Source: a virus (lineage: Duplodnaviria; Caudoviricetes). Taken from it: DNA of 59,211 bases. The notes below the pieces were generated by a model that had not been told where the DNA came from, did no database searches, and worked only from the letters and a program-made list of their open reading frames with translations. The DNA is taken from IMG/VR virus record IMGVR_UViG_3300042857_000012, positions 1 to 59,211 of that record; one strand, written 5' to 3'. Position numbers and translations under genes: made by a program. This document shows, in pieces, positions 1-10,097 of this stretch; position 1 is the first letter of the stretch; each line of letters begins with the position of its first letter.

Positions 1-927
1 ACTTCGAGGACCGACGCCGCGGCGTTGATTCCCGAAGAGGTCTCGAACGCGATGCTCGGGAAAGCCACCGAGCAGTCCGCGGTGCTGACGATGTTCCGCC
101 GGGTGCCGGTGGGTCGCGCGCAGGTCCGGTTCCCGGTCCTGTCGGCGCTGCCGGTCGCCTACTTCGTGAATGGCGACACCGGTCTGAAGCAGACCACCGA
201 AATCAACTGGACGAACAAGTACCTCAACATCGAAGAGATCGCCACGATCATGCCCGTCCCCGATAACGTGATCTCGGACGTCGAGGTCAACGTGTGGGAC
301 GAGGCAATGCCGCTGCTCACCGAGGCGATGGCACGCACCCTCGACGCCGCGGTGTTCTTTGGCACCAACGCGCCGAGCTCGTGGCCGACGAACATCAACG
401 CCGCGGTCACGTCCGCCTCGAACAACACCACCGAGGGCTCCGCCGCGGCCGCCGGCGGCTACTACGGCGACGTCGACATCCTGTACGGCAAGGTCGAGGC
501 CGACGGCTACGACGTGTCAGGCTGGGTCGGCGCGACGTCGGCGAAGGCGAAGATCCGCACCGCCCGCGACTCGCAGGGCCGCAAGCTCGACGTGGGCCGC
601 GCGGACGGGGCGATCACCACCCTGGACGGGTACCCGATCGTCTACCCGATGCGTGGCCTCTGGCCGACCGCCTCAGGGTCGCCGCGGCTGTTCGGCGGGG
701 ACTGGTCCCAGTTCGTGGTCGGCGTCCGGCAGGACATCACCATGAAGATCCTCGACCAGGCCGTCATCCAGGACAATACCGGGGCAATCGTGTACAACTT
801 GCCGCAGCAGGACATGACCGCGATCCGGTTGACGTTCCGGATCGGCTGGCAGGTGGCGAACACGATCAACAACGACCAGCCCACCGAGGCCAGCCGGTAC
901 CCGGTCGGCAGCCTCCTCGTCCCGTAA
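1..927 (+). CDS. major capsid protein (HK97 fold), 5'-truncated
   Basis: Frame open from base 1 (TSRTDAAALIPEEVS); FVNG..LKQTT, EEIATIMPV, LFGGDWSQFVVGVRQDIT, NLPQQDMTAIRLTFRIGW are typical of actinophage capsids. Confidence 0.93.
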   Translation, partial: TSRTDAAALIPEEVSNAMLGKATEQSAVLTMFRRVPVGRAQVRFPVLSALPVAYFVNGDTGLKQTTEINWTNKYLNIEEIATIMPVPDNVISDVEVNVWDEAMPLLTEAMARTLDAAVFFGTNAPSSWPTNINAAVTSASNNTTEGSAAAAGGYYGDVDILYGKVEADGYDVSGWVGATSAKAKIRTARDSQGRKLDVGRADGAITTLDGYPIVYPMRGLWPTASGSPRLFGGDWSQFVVGVRQDITMKILDQAVIQDNTGAIVYNLPQQDMTAIRLTFRIGWQVANTINNDQPTEASRYPVGSLLVP

Positions 928-974
928 CCGCCAATCGCTCAACGATCGGCTGAACGCCGAGGAGGAACCCCCGC

Positions 975-1379
975 ATGACCGCACCATTCGCAAACGCCCA
1001 CCAGGTCCCGGTGCAGCCGGTATCCACGGTCGGGAACGACCTCAACACGAACGTCTACCAGTGCCCCCGCGCGGGCACCGTGTCGGCGGTGACATACGCG
1101 ACAGTCACCGCCATCACTGGCGCGAACACCAACACCCGCAGCGTGTCCCTGGTCAACAAGGGCACCGCCGGTACGGGCACCACGGTGATCGCGACCCTGC
1201 AGTTCGACTCCGCCGTGAACACCGTGGCGAACGTCCCGAAGGCGATCACGCTGGGTGTTGCGGCGAACCTTCAGGTCGCCGCCGGCGAAGTCCTGCAGTG
1301 GCAGTCCACGCACATCGGGACCGGCATCGCCGACCCCGGTGGGCTGCTGCAAGTCACCATCGCCGCGAACTACGTCTGA
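975..1379 (+). CDS. putative capsid decoration/head fibre protein
   Basis: GAGGAGG RBS; beta-rich Thr/Val/Ala protein directly after the capsid gene. Confidence 0.6.
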   Translation: MTAPFANAHQVPVQPVSTVGNDLNTNVYQCPRAGTVSAVTYATVTAITGANTNTRSVSLVNKGTAGTGTTVIATLQFDSAVNTVANVPKAITLGVAANLQVAAGEVLQWQSTHIGTGIADPGGLLQVTIAANYV

Positions 1380-1393
1380 GCAGGAGGATCGAG

Positions 1394-1690
1394 ATGGCAG
1401 ACCGCGCAGGTAAGCCGGCGGCGAAGTCCGCCGAGGACGTCGAGCGTGACCGGCTGTCGGCCCAGGGCCAGACACACGGGGCGGCTGATGCGCCCGGCCC
1501 GGGGTCCGATGAGGTGCAGGCCGCGATGGACGAGGCCACGGCGAAGGGCTTCTTCGGCGTCGAGATCGACAGCACGCCGAATGAGCACTACACCGTGGAC
1601 GGCGTGACATCCGGGAAGCCAACGCCGGAGACGGATGCGGACGCCCACGACGCCGCGTACGTCTCCCGTAACCCGCACCGGACGAAGTAG
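1394..1690 (+). CDS. hypothetical head-region protein (MADRAGKP...)
   Basis: AGGAGG RBS before ATG 1394; inside ORF 1061..1690. Confidence 0.7.
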   Translation: MADRAGKPAAKSAEDVERDRLSAQGQTHGAADAPGPGSDEVQAAMDEATAKGFFGVEIDSTPNEHYTVDGVTSGKPTPETDADAHDAAYVSRNPHRTK

Positions 1691-1705
1691 CGGAGGCGGG
1701 GCACC

Positions 1706-2158
1706 GTGGTCGCGTATGCAACTGCCAGCGATGTGGCCGCCGGGTGGCGGACGCTGACCGCTGACGAGCAGGCGCGCGCCACGGTGCTCCTCGACCGGGC
1801 CGCGGTGCTGATCCGCGCCGCGGTCCCATCGGTGCCGGCGCGACTGACCGCTGGAACCCTCGACGCCAAGGTGCCATTGACGGTCAGCGTGAACATGGTG
1901 CAGCGGGTCCTTCGGAACCCGGAAGGCGTGACGCAGCAAACGCTCGGGCCGGCGTCGGTGACCTACGACCGGGACGACTCCGGTGCGCTGTACCTGTCCG
2001 AGTCCGACCTCGCCGCGCTGACCGCGGCTGCGGTGGTTGTGACGGGTGCGGCGAGTGTCGGCGCCGGCTCGGTGGCGTTGGCGGTGTGGGACAAGACGGT
2101 GATCCCGTCGTGGGCTCGTCCGGATCGGTTGCATTCGCCGTTCTGGCCGTCGGCGTGA
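1706..2158 (+). CDS. head-to-tail adaptor
   Basis: YATASDVAAGWRTLT, MVQRVLRNPEG..TLGPASVTY, LYLSESDL motifs; gene position. Confidence 0.85.
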   Translation: MVAYATASDVAAGWRTLTADEQARATVLLDRAAVLIRAAVPSVPARLTAGTLDAKVPLTVSVNMVQRVLRNPEGVTQQTLGPASVTYDRDDSGALYLSESDLAALTAAAVVVTGAASVGAGSVALAVWDKTVIPSWARPDRLHSPFWPSA

Positions 2159-2484
2159 CGATCCCGTTCGGCAGCACCGTCACGGTCACGGTGGTCCGGC
2201 CGGCGGCGGAGAACAGGTTCGGCGACCCGGTCGGAGATCCAGTCGAGACCGCGCTGCCAGGGTGCGTGGTGTGGGTCAACGAGGGCACCGAGGACACCGA
2301 CCACGCGGACACCGTGGTCGCCCCGGCGACGCTCGTAGCACCGGCCGGGGCCGATATCCGCGCCACCGACCGGGTCGTCACCGACGACGGGACGTGGGAG
2401 GTAGTCGGCGAGCCGACGCCCCGCCGGTCACCGTTCACCTCGGCGGCGCTGGTCGAGGCGCATCTGAGGAAGGTGACGGGCTGA
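2155..2484 (+). CDS. head-to-tail stopper
   Basis: GTGA overlap; NRFGDP, ADIRATDRV, WEVVGEP, LRKVTG motifs. Confidence 0.8.
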   Translation: MTIPFGSTVTVTVVRPAAENRFGDPVGDPVETALPGCVVWVNEGTEDTDHADTVVAPATLVAPAGADIRATDRVVTDDGTWEVVGEPTPRRSPFTSAALVEAHLRKVTG

Positions 2485-2822
2485 TGGCTTCCGCTCGGGT
2501 GGAGTTCGACCGGGCCGGCATGTCCGCTGTCCTGGTCGGCCCGGATATCCGTGGGGTGCTGGCGACGGTCGCCGAGATCGGAAGGGCGTACGCCGAGGAG
2601 ATTGCGCCGCGCCGGTCCGGCAACTATGTCCGCTCGTTTGAGGTGCGAGCGGACACCATCGAGTTCTCCGGCTCACCCCGCGCTGCGGCGACGCTCATCA
2701 ACACCGCCGGCTACGCGGCAGCGGTCGAGTGGGGCTACGGCCGAGGCGCCACCGATCCGGCGCCGAAGGCGCATCGGGTGCTCGGCCGGACCCTGGATCA
2801 CCTGACTGAGCTGCGACCCTGA
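2484..2822 (+). CDS. neck protein (HK97 gp10-like)
   Basis: TGATG overlap; APRRSGNYVRSF, YAAAVEWG, HRVLGRTL. Confidence 0.75.
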   Translation: MASARVEFDRAGMSAVLVGPDIRGVLATVAEIGRAYAEEIAPRRSGNYVRSFEVRADTIEFSGSPRAAATLINTAGYAAAVEWGYGRGATDPAPKAHRVLGRTLDHLTELRP

Positions 2823-2832
2823 GGGAGCGGGC

Positions 2833-3294
2833 ATGGCCGACGGTGTGATGAACATCGCCAAAGGGAAGATCGCCTACTACGCAGGCCTACCCGCCGCGAA
2901 CGACGCGCTGATCGTGGTGCTGCTGAAGGCGACCGGCCTGGAAGCCGACGACACCCTCAACAACTACGACGACCTCGCCGCGCTGCTCGCCGCCGCGAAC
3001 GACGAGGCCGACGCCACCAACTACGTCCGCAAGACCGTCACCGCGAGCATCACGGTGACGGTGGACGACACCGGCAACAAGGTCGACATCGACATGCCGG
3101 ACCTGACGTGGACCGCACTCGGCGGCGCCAGCAACAACACCATCGCCAAGATGCTGGTCTGCTACGACCCGGACACCACCGGCGGCACCGACAGCACCGT
3201 GATACCGCTGACGTACCACGACTGCACGCTGACCACGGATGGCACGGACGTGACGGTGCAGATCGCCGCGGCGGGGTTCGCCCGCGCCGCCTGA
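2833..3294 (+). CDS. putative virion structural (collar/fibre-associated) protein
   Basis: GGGAG RBS; Thr/Asp-rich beta protein within the neck module. Confidence 0.6.
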   Translation: MADGVMNIAKGKIAYYAGLPAANDALIVVLLKATGLEADDTLNNYDDLAALLAAANDEADATNYVRKTVTASITVTVDDTGNKVDIDMPDLTWTALGGASNNTIAKMLVCYDPDTTGGTDSTVIPLTYHDCTLTTDGTDVTVQIAAAGFARAA

Positions 3295-3329
3295 CCCTGC
3301 GAGCAGGCTAGCCGGAGGGCGGGCGGTCG

Positions 3330-4493
3330 GTGACGCTGTACCAGATCTGGCCGGCGACGTCCGGTCCCGGCTCGGCCACCGTCGACGGCGGCGTGAACCT
3401 CGCGGTCGAGTTCTACGTCACCGACCCAGGTCTCAGCGCGACCGGGCTGCGGTTCTGGAGGGCGGACACGTCGATCCTCGGGCCGGTCACCGCGCAGATC
3501 TACTCCGTCACCGACGCCAGCTCTGGCACGCCGCTAGCCGGCGCCGACATCACGTTCACCCTGTCCGGCACCGGCTGGCAGACAGCCACCTTCACCGCGC
3601 CGGTCGCGCTCACCGCCAACCAGCGATACCGGGCGGTCTGCAACTTCCCGACGAACTACTCAGCCGACGGCCACTACTGGGACTCCGGGGCAGGCGCCGG
3701 CGGCATCACGCACGGCCCGCTGGTCGCCCCGGATTCGGCGGCAGCGACGGGCGGGGACCAGGGCAGCTTCGTCGTCGGCGGATCGCTGGCGTTCCCGACG
3801 AACCAGTTCAGCTCCGCAAACTACTGGGTCGACGTCAACGTCCAATCAGGACAGACAATCACAGTTGGGCAGGCCGCCGAGACGGACACGGCCGGCCAGA
3901 TCACGGCCAGAAAGACCCGGCCGCTCGGGCAGGCGACCGCCACCGAATCCGGCAGTACCGTCACTGTGACGAAAGTCCGCTCGGTGGGGCAGGCACCGTC
4001 CACCGAGACAGCGACCGCGCTCACGCGGCGGAAGGCCCGGACGGTCGGGCAGGCGCTCACCACGAACACCGCGCAGCCGGTCACCATCCCCACGGACACC
4101 ACGCCGTCCGGATACCCGGACATCGAGCTGGTCCTGTGCGACTTGCTCGCCGACCTCGGCAACACCGGCACCCGCACCCCGGCGGACCTGCAGGACCAGT
4201 TGGAGTTCATCCGGATCCGCCGGGTCGGCGGTTCCGACGATCAGGTCACCGACCGAGCCCGGGTAGACGTCGAGGTGTTCGCCGCGACCCGTGCCGTGGG
4301 GGAGGCGTTGATCGAGGACATCCGGCAACGCCTGTCGGTCCGCGGACCGTTGACGGTGACCTCCGGCGGCCGGCCGGTGGTGGTGGACAGGACGCAGTTG
4401 CTCGCAGGCCCCGTCGAACTCGCCTGGCCGGACCCTGAGGTCCGCATGTTCCACGCGACCTATCAGCTCGAATCCCGGCGGCCGTGGCCGTAA
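3330..4493 (+). CDS. DUF4082-like domain + repeat stalk + tail terminator fusion
   Basis: N-term LAVEF..ATGLRFW..GWQTATFTAPV..FPT..NYWVDV; four ~19-aa xGQA repeats; C-term YPDIE..IRIRRVGGSDD..DRARVDVEVFA; precedes major tail gene. Confidence 0.75.
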   Translation: MTLYQIWPATSGPGSATVDGGVNLAVEFYVTDPGLSATGLRFWRADTSILGPVTAQIYSVTDASSGTPLAGADITFTLSGTGWQTATFTAPVALTANQRYRAVCNFPTNYSADGHYWDSGAGAGGITHGPLVAPDSAAATGGDQGSFVVGGSLAFPTNQFSSANYWVDVNVQSGQTITVGQAAETDTAGQITARKTRPLGQATATESGSTVTVTKVRSVGQAPSTETATALTRRKARTVGQALTTNTAQPVTIPTDTTPSGYPDIELVLCDLLADLGNTGTRTPADLQDQLEFIRIRRVGGSDDQVTDRARVDVEVFAATRAVGEALIEDIRQRLSVRGPLTVTSGGRPVVVDRTQLLAGPVELAWPDPEVRMFHATYQLESRRPWP

Positions 4494-4520
4494 ATCGACA
4501 ACAGGAAGTGAGATCAGGTC

Positions 4521-5186
4521 ATGGTCGGTGTTGCCTACTCGGGCGTCGCGGTGCGGCACTCGGAGTTGATCCGCAAGGCCCTGCAGGGCAGCGTCTTCGT
4601 CGCGCCGTCAACGGCGACGTCGATCACAGCGCTGACGGGCACCGATTCGCTGATCGCGGCTCTCCCCGTCGGGTTCACCGACCTCGGGTACGCCACGAAG
4701 GACGGCACAAGCTTCGACCGCGCGGTGGACGCCAGCGAGACGACGTCCTGGGGTGCCACCGACCCGACCCGCCGGGACATCACCTCGGATGTGGTCACCA
4801 TCCACGTCGTGTGCCAGGAAACCAAGGCCTCGGTCCTGGGTCTGTACATGGGCTTGGACGCGACGACGGCGGTGCCGACATTGGCGTCGGGGGAGGTGGC
4901 GATCGCGAAGCCGCTGCGGCCGCTGAACAGGTTCTACCGCCTACTGACGCTCGGCGTGGACTCGAACACCAGCGGCGAGATCTACATCGCCCGGTACAAC
5001 CCGTACGTGTCGGTGACGTCGCTCGGCACGCAGACCTACCAGGACGGCGAGGAGCTGAAGTACGACATCACCTTCACCGCGTACCCCGATGCGACGCTCG
5101 GCTACTCCGAGAAGATGTTCTACGGCGGCCTCGGCTGGAAGGCGTTGATCACCGCGGGCAACATGGGCTTCGCCGCCCCGGCCTAA
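4521..5186 (+). CDS. major tail protein
   Basis: GSVFVAP, FTDLGYATKDG, SWG..PTRRDITSD, YDITFTAYPD. Confidence 0.9.
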   Translation: MVGVAYSGVAVRHSELIRKALQGSVFVAPSTATSITALTGTDSLIAALPVGFTDLGYATKDGTSFDRAVDASETTSWGATDPTRRDITSDVVTIHVVCQETKASVLGLYMGLDATTAVPTLASGEVAIAKPLRPLNRFYRLLTLGVDSNTSGEIYIARYNPYVSVTSLGTQTYQDGEELKYDITFTAYPDATLGYSEKMFYGGLGWKALITAGNMGFAAPA

Positions 5187-5210
5187 CCGTCCACTCGACC
5201 AGGAGATCAG

Positions 5211-5426
5211 ATGGCTACCACTGCGGACGTCCCGAAGGACGCCGACGGCAACGACGTGCCGGTCCTCGGCCTGTTCGAGCACCCGGAGTCTGGTGCGCAG
5301 GTGTGGGCGCATACCCCCGCCGACGAGGTGCAGTACCAGGCTGAGGGCTGGAAGCCGGTCAAGACCGCGAAGGCGGAGAAGGCCGCCGCGGCGCCGGAGA
5401 AGGGGGCCAGCGGTGGCGGCAAGTAG
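5211..5426 (+). CDS. small hypothetical protein
   Basis: AGGAG RBS; 71-aa ORF after the major tail gene. Confidence 0.65.
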   Translation: MATTADVPKDADGNDVPVLGLFEHPESGAQVWAHTPADEVQYQAEGWKPVKTAKAEKAAAAPEKGASGGGK

Positions 5427-5766
5427 CGGCCGCCGACCGGCCGCCGCGCAGCAGGACAAGCCGGCGCCCGTCTCGCTGAACCTCGACACCCTGGAGCGGG
5501 AGGGCGGCACCCCCGAACCGTTCGTCGTCGTCCTCGCAGGCGAGCGGCTGCTGCTGTCCGACCCGGCCGAGGTGGACTGGCAGAAGCTGATGGCCGCGAT
5601 CCGGGACCCGCACGTGTTCTTCCGGCTGATCATCCCGCCGGACGACCACAAGACGTTCTTCGACGCGACGCTGCCCGGCTGGAAGATGAACAAGCTGATG
5701 CAGTCGTACATGGAGCACTACGGTCTGCCGAGCCCGGGGGAAGCGGTCGCCTCGCCGGCGTCCTGA
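5413..5766 (+). CDS. tail assembly chaperone (gpG-like)
   Basis: Lies between tail tube and tape measure genes; ends at slippery site ...SPGEA. Confidence 0.8.
   Translation: MAASSGRRPAAAQQDKPAPVSLNLDTLEREGGTPEPFVVVLAGERLLLSDPAEVDWQKLMAAIRDPHVFFRLIIPPDDHKTFFDATLPGWKMNKLMQSYMEHYGLPSPGEAVASPAS
5736..5742 (+). other. -1 ribosomal frameshift site G GGG GAA
   Basis: The -1 frame is open from here (GSGRLAGVLTRYGEAIEYDL...) into ORF 5796..6236, giving a gpGT-like product. Confidence 0.8.
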
Positions 5767-6236
5767 CCCGGTACGGCGAGGCGATCGAATACGACTTGGC
5801 GGTCCGCGGCGTCGACCTGGCCCGCGAGTGGCGGTCCCGACGCTGGCGCCGGCTACTCAACCTGATTGACCACCTGCCGGCCCACTCGGCGTACGCCGAG
5901 GCGCTGGCGGCCGATGAGGACTTGGCGGTGGCGGTCCTCGCCCACCCGCAGCCCGACGGGGCAACTGGGCCGCGGGTGAGCGAGTGGACATCGGAGCGGG
6001 CAGCGCTCGCCGAGATCAGCGACAAACTGTCGACTCTGATCGCCGCGACGATCGCGGCGGCCGGGTCCAGACCGCCGAAGCTCATCCCGTCACCGCGGCC
6101 ACGGGTGGCCGCCGACCAGGTGCGTGAGCGGCAGCGCGCCGCAGCGCACCTGTCGCTGGTCGAGCGGGTCCTCCCGGACCGGGCGCAGGCCGACGCCGAG
6201 TTCACGCGCCTGTCCGAGATCGAGGCGACGACGTAG
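5739..6236 (+). CDS. tail assembly chaperone frameshift extension (gpT-like)
   Basis: YGEAIEYDL..GVDL..WRRLLNLIDHLP..S motif typical of actinophage gpT. Confidence 0.8.
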   Translation, partial: GSGRLAGVLTRYGEAIEYDLAVRGVDLAREWRSRRWRRLLNLIDHLPAHSAYAEALAADEDLAVAVLAHPQPDGATGPRVSEWTSERAALAEISDKLSTLIAATIAAAGSRPPKLIPSPRPRVAADQVRERQRAAAHLSLVERVLPDRAQADAEFTRLSEIEATT

Positions 6237-6248
6237 GTCGGGGGTGTC

Positions 6249-9200
6249 GTGGCCGACTACGACGCCGGGCGCGCGTTCCTGCAGATCGTTCCCTCCTTCC
6301 GGGGCGTCCGAGAGTCGATCAAGAAGCAGGCGAAGACGTGGGCCGACGACGTCGAGGGAGCGGTCGAGAAGGCGCTGCCGGAGGGCTTCACCAAGGGCAG
6401 CAAGGCGACTGAGCCGGTCGCGAAGAAGAAGGGCACGGAGACCGGCGAGGCCTACGGCGGGGCGTTCGCGCGGACGGTGAAGACCCGCGTCGAGGCGGCG
6501 CTGAAGGCGCTACCTCCGGTAAAGATCAACGCCGACTCGTCGCTGGTCGACATCAAGCTGGCGGCGATCCGCGCGGAGCTCGCCGATCTGTCGAAACAGA
6601 AGATCGGTGTCGACGTGGACGACGCGACCGCGCTGGCGCAACTGGAACGACTGAAGGCCGAACTGGACCAGATCGGCGCCGACTCCGCGTCGATCCAGGT
6701 CCGCGCCGACACCGCCACAGCGTCGGTCGAACTCGACAAGCTCGCGGCGCAGATCCGTCGCATCGCCGACGACTCACCTACAGTCCAGGTCGATGCCGAC
6801 ACGGGGGCGGCGGACGCGAAGCTCGCCGCGACGGGCGCCGAAGCGGCACGGCTGGGCGCGTCGTCACCGACGATCAGCCCGGACGTCGACTCCGGGCGGG
6901 CGTTGATCGGTATCGCGGTGATCCGGGCGGCGCTGCTCGCGTTGACCGCGGCACCCATCGTGATCCCGATCGCGGTGGCCGGCGCGTCACTCCTCGGCCC
7001 CTTGGCGGCCGCCGGAGCAGGCGCAGCAGGGTTCGGTGCTGTCGCCGCGTCCGGTCTGTCGCGGATTCACACCGCGATGCAGGCGCAGGACGCCGACACC
7101 GGGGGCGGTGGCCGTTCCGCGGCATCGCAGGTATCCGCGACGAACAGCATCCGCCTCGCGCAACTGGGACTCGCCGACGCGCAGCGGGCCGTCGCGGTCA
7201 CTGCTCGGCAGAACGCGCAGGCTCAGGCCCAAGCCGCCGAGCAGGTACGCGCCGCTGAACAGTCGCTGGCCCAGGCGCAGCGGCAGGCCGCCGACGCGCA
7301 GAAGGCGCTCAATCAGGCTCGGGTAGATGCCAAGCGCGGCCTGGAAGACCTCGCGAACAGCCTCGCCGACGCGCAACTCGCGCAACGCCGGGCGCAGGCG
7401 AACCTCCGAGACGCGCAAGCCACCCTGACGGCGGTCCTCGGTGACCCGCGTTCAACCGCGGCGCAGCGAGAAGCCGCGCAGTTGGCCGTGGATGAGGCAA
7501 CGCAGGCGCTGGCCGAACAGGGCCAAGCCGTCAAGCGGTTCGCCGAGGACAAGAAGGCCGCCGACAAGGCTGGGGTTAGCGGATCCGATCGGGTGCTGGC
7601 CGCTGAACGCAGGCTGGCGGACGCCCGGCGGGAGGCGGCGGACAGGCAGCGGGCGTTGTCGAAGGCCCGCGCCGAGCAGGCGTCGGTGGAGCTCCAGAAC
7701 GCCGAGCGGAACATCCAGGCTCAGGAAGGTCTGGTACGCGCGCAACTCGGGCTGGCCTCCGCGCAGGCTTCGGCGGCCGCGGCGCAGGAGTCGGCGGCCG
7801 GCGCAACCAGCAAGCTCGACAAGGCGATGAAGGACTTGACGCCGACCGAACGCGCCGCCTTGGGCGCGTTCCGGGACTTCGGGCAGGCGTACCGGGACTG
7901 GGTCAGCGCGTTGGAGCCGGCGGTGTTCCCAGCGATCCTCGGCGGCCTCGACCTGATCAAGTCGTTGTTTAAGCCGCTGACACCCATCGTCCAGGCCGCA
8001 TCCGGCGCGTTCGTGCAGCTGGAAAAGGACGCGCAGAAGGCGTTGACGTCGCCGTTCTGGAAAGACACCCTGGCGGCTCTCGCGAGGCTCACCGGCCCCG
8101 CGATCCTCGCGTTCGGACACGTCGTCGGGAACGTCATCACCGGGATCGCCGGGATCGGGCGTGCCCTGTCGCCGACCGGCGGTGGGGTCCTGCGGAGCAT
8201 CGAGGGCCTGTCCGAAAAGTTCGCGACCTTCGGGAAGAACGCCAACAAGCCGGGTGGCTTCCAGGACTTCCTGCACTGGGTACGGGAGAACCTCCCCAGG
8301 GCGATCGAGTGGCTCAAGGCGGTCGGCGAGGCGCTGCTACGGATCGGTCGCGCGCTGCTGCCGATCGGTGGCCTTGTCCTCGGCGGGATCAAACTCCTCG
8401 CGGACGTGATCAACGCGATGCCTCCGTCGCTCCTCGGGGCTATCGCTGCTGCCATCATCGCCGTCGCGGCGGCCGTGAAGTTGTGGGCCCTGGCCACCAA
8501 GGCCTTGGTGTTCTTTGAGGCGCTGCTGAACTTGGAGCTAGGCCCGATCATCATCATCATCTTCGGCCTCGCGGCGGCGTTCCTCTATGCCTGGACGCAG
8601 TCCGAGCGATTCCGTGACATCGTCATCGGAGCACTGCTGTACGTCCGAGACACCGCGTTCGGTGCAGGCAGGCTGACCGCGAAGTACATCATCGACCCGA
8701 TCCTGGGCCTGATCGCTTTGCTGCGGACCGCCTGGGCCAACATCAAAACTGTCTTCGCTACCGGCTGGGCCACGGTCAAGACGGTATTCGCCGACGTCTC
8801 CGGGTTCTTCCAGAAGTATTTCATCGGCCCGATCGAGGCGATCCCCGCTGCGGCGAAACGGATCTGGGACGGCATCAAGAAGGTGTTCTATTCGGGCGTG
8901 AACGCCGTGATCGACATCATCAACGGGTTCATCGGCGCGTTCAACTTCTTCTTCTCCAAGTTCGCGCCGACGCAGCGGATCCACTTCGATCTGATCCAGC
9001 ACGTCGGGCAGAAGACCTCGGGCAAGGGCTTCGGTCTTGCCGGCGGCGGGGTGCTGCCCGGGTACGCGCCTGGTGTGGACTCGATCCCGGCGATGCTGTC
9101 ACCCGGTGAGGGTGTGCTGGTTCCGGAGGCGGTCAGGGCGCTCGGCGCCGACTGGATCCTCGGCATCAACGCCGCGTTCAGCCGGCGGCGCCCAGGGACC

Positions 9201-10097
9201 AATGGGGCGTACGCCGGCGGCGGCGTCGTCGGCGACTTCCTCAGCTTGCTGCCGAGTCCGACCAGCGTCCTACCGGGCGTCAGCGGCAAGAGCCTGGTGT
9301 CCGGGCCGGCAGAGCGGATGCAGGCCCAACTGCGTCACGGCGGGGACCTCCCCGGCCGCGTGGGTGGGGCCGTGGCGGGCAGGCTCGCCGACGCGGTGGC
9401 CGCAGCGCTGGACAAGTCCATCAATCTGCTGCCGGCCGTCATGGCTGGCCTGACCGGCGGCGCGGCCCCCGCCGGCGGGGCAGTCTCCCGGTGGTCCGGT
9501 GTCGCCGGGCAGGCGCTGACGCAGCTCGGCCAGTCCACAACGCTGATCAACCCGGTGCTGCAGCTCATCAAGTTCGAGTCCGGCGGCAACCCAACCGCGG
9601 TCAACCGCACCGACATCAACTGGCAGCACGGCACCCCGTCCGTCGGATTGGCGCAGGTGATCGGGCCGACGTTCGCCGGTAACGCCGGCCCGTACCTCGG
9701 CACAGGGCCGTTCCTCTACGGGGTGAGCACGAACCCGCTGGCGAACGTGTTCGCCGGCCTCAACTACGGCATCCGCCGCTACGGGTCCGTCAGCAACATC
9801 CCCGGCATCAGATCCGTCCAGCACGGCGGCCCGTACCTGCCCTACGACCAGGGCGGCTACCTCCCGCCCGGCATGTCGGCAGTGTTCAACGGCACCGGCC
9901 GCCCGGAGCCGGTCCTGTCCGGCGCGCAGTGGGAGACGCTCGCCGGTTCCACCCGTGGCGGCGACGGGCCTATGACGATCTCCGGCACGCTGGACTTGGG
10001 GGATGGGCTGGTGGGCAGGGTGGAGGGCATCATCGACGCCCGCGAACACCAGCAGGCACGGCAGGTCTCCTACGGTCGGCGAGCGGTGGCGGTGTAG
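6249..10097 (+). CDS. tape measure protein with C-terminal lytic transglycosylase (SLT) domain
   Basis: 1282 aa, Ala-rich coiled coil, hydrophobic segments; ESGGNPTAVN..SVGLAQVIGPTF..NYGIRRYG; YDQGGYLPPG..NGTGRPEPVL. Confidence 0.95.
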   Translation: MADYDAGRAFLQIVPSFRGVRESIKKQAKTWADDVEGAVEKALPEGFTKGSKATEPVAKKKGTETGEAYGGAFARTVKTRVEAALKALPPVKINADSSLVDIKLAAIRAELADLSKQKIGVDVDDATALAQLERLKAELDQIGADSASIQVRADTATASVELDKLAAQIRRIADDSPTVQVDADTGAADAKLAATGAEAARLGASSPTISPDVDSGRALIGIAVIRAALLALTAAPIVIPIAVAGASLLGPLAAAGAGAAGFGAVAASGLSRIHTAMQAQDADTGGGGRSAASQVSATNSIRLAQLGLADAQRAVAVTARQNAQAQAQAAEQVRAAEQSLAQAQRQAADAQKALNQARVDAKRGLEDLANSLADAQLAQRRAQANLRDAQATLTAVLGDPRSTAAQREAAQLAVDEATQALAEQGQAVKRFAEDKKAADKAGVSGSDRVLAAERRLADARREAADRQRALSKARAEQASVELQNAERNIQAQEGLVRAQLGLASAQASAAAAQESAAGATSKLDKAMKDLTPTERAALGAFRDFGQAYRDWVSALEPAVFPAILGGLDLIKSLFKPLTPIVQAASGAFVQLEKDAQKALTSPFWKDTLAALARLTGPAILAFGHVVGNVITGIAGIGRALSPTGGGVLRSIEGLSEKFATFGKNANKPGGFQDFLHWVRENLPRAIEWLKAVGEALLRIGRALLPIGGLVLGGIKLLADVINAMPPSLLGAIAAAIIAVAAAVKLWALATKALVFFEALLNLELGPIIIIIFGLAAAFLYAWTQSERFRDIVIGALLYVRDTAFGAGRLTAKYIIDPILGLIALLRTAWANIKTVFATGWATVKTVFADVSGFFQKYFIGPIEAIPAAAKRIWDGIKKVFYSGVNAVIDIINGFIGAFNFFFSKFAPTQRIHFDLIQHVGQKTSGKGFGLAGGGVLPGYAPGVDSIPAMLSPGEGVLVPEAVRALGADWILGINAAFSRRRPGTNGAYAGGGVVGDFLSLLPSPTSVLPGVSGKSLVSGPAERMQAQLRHGGDLPGRVGGAVAGRLADAVAAALDKSINLLPAVMAGLTGGAAPAGGAVSRWSGVAGQALTQLGQSTTLINPVLQLIKFESGGNPTAVNRTDINWQHGTPSVGLAQVIGPTFAGNAGPYLGTGPFLYGVSTNPLANVFAGLNYGIRRYGSVSNIPGIRSVQHGGPYLPYDQGGYLPPGMSAVFNGTGRPEPVLSGAQWETLAGSTRGGDGPMTISGTLDLGDGLVGRVEGIIDAREHQQARQVSYGRRAVAV

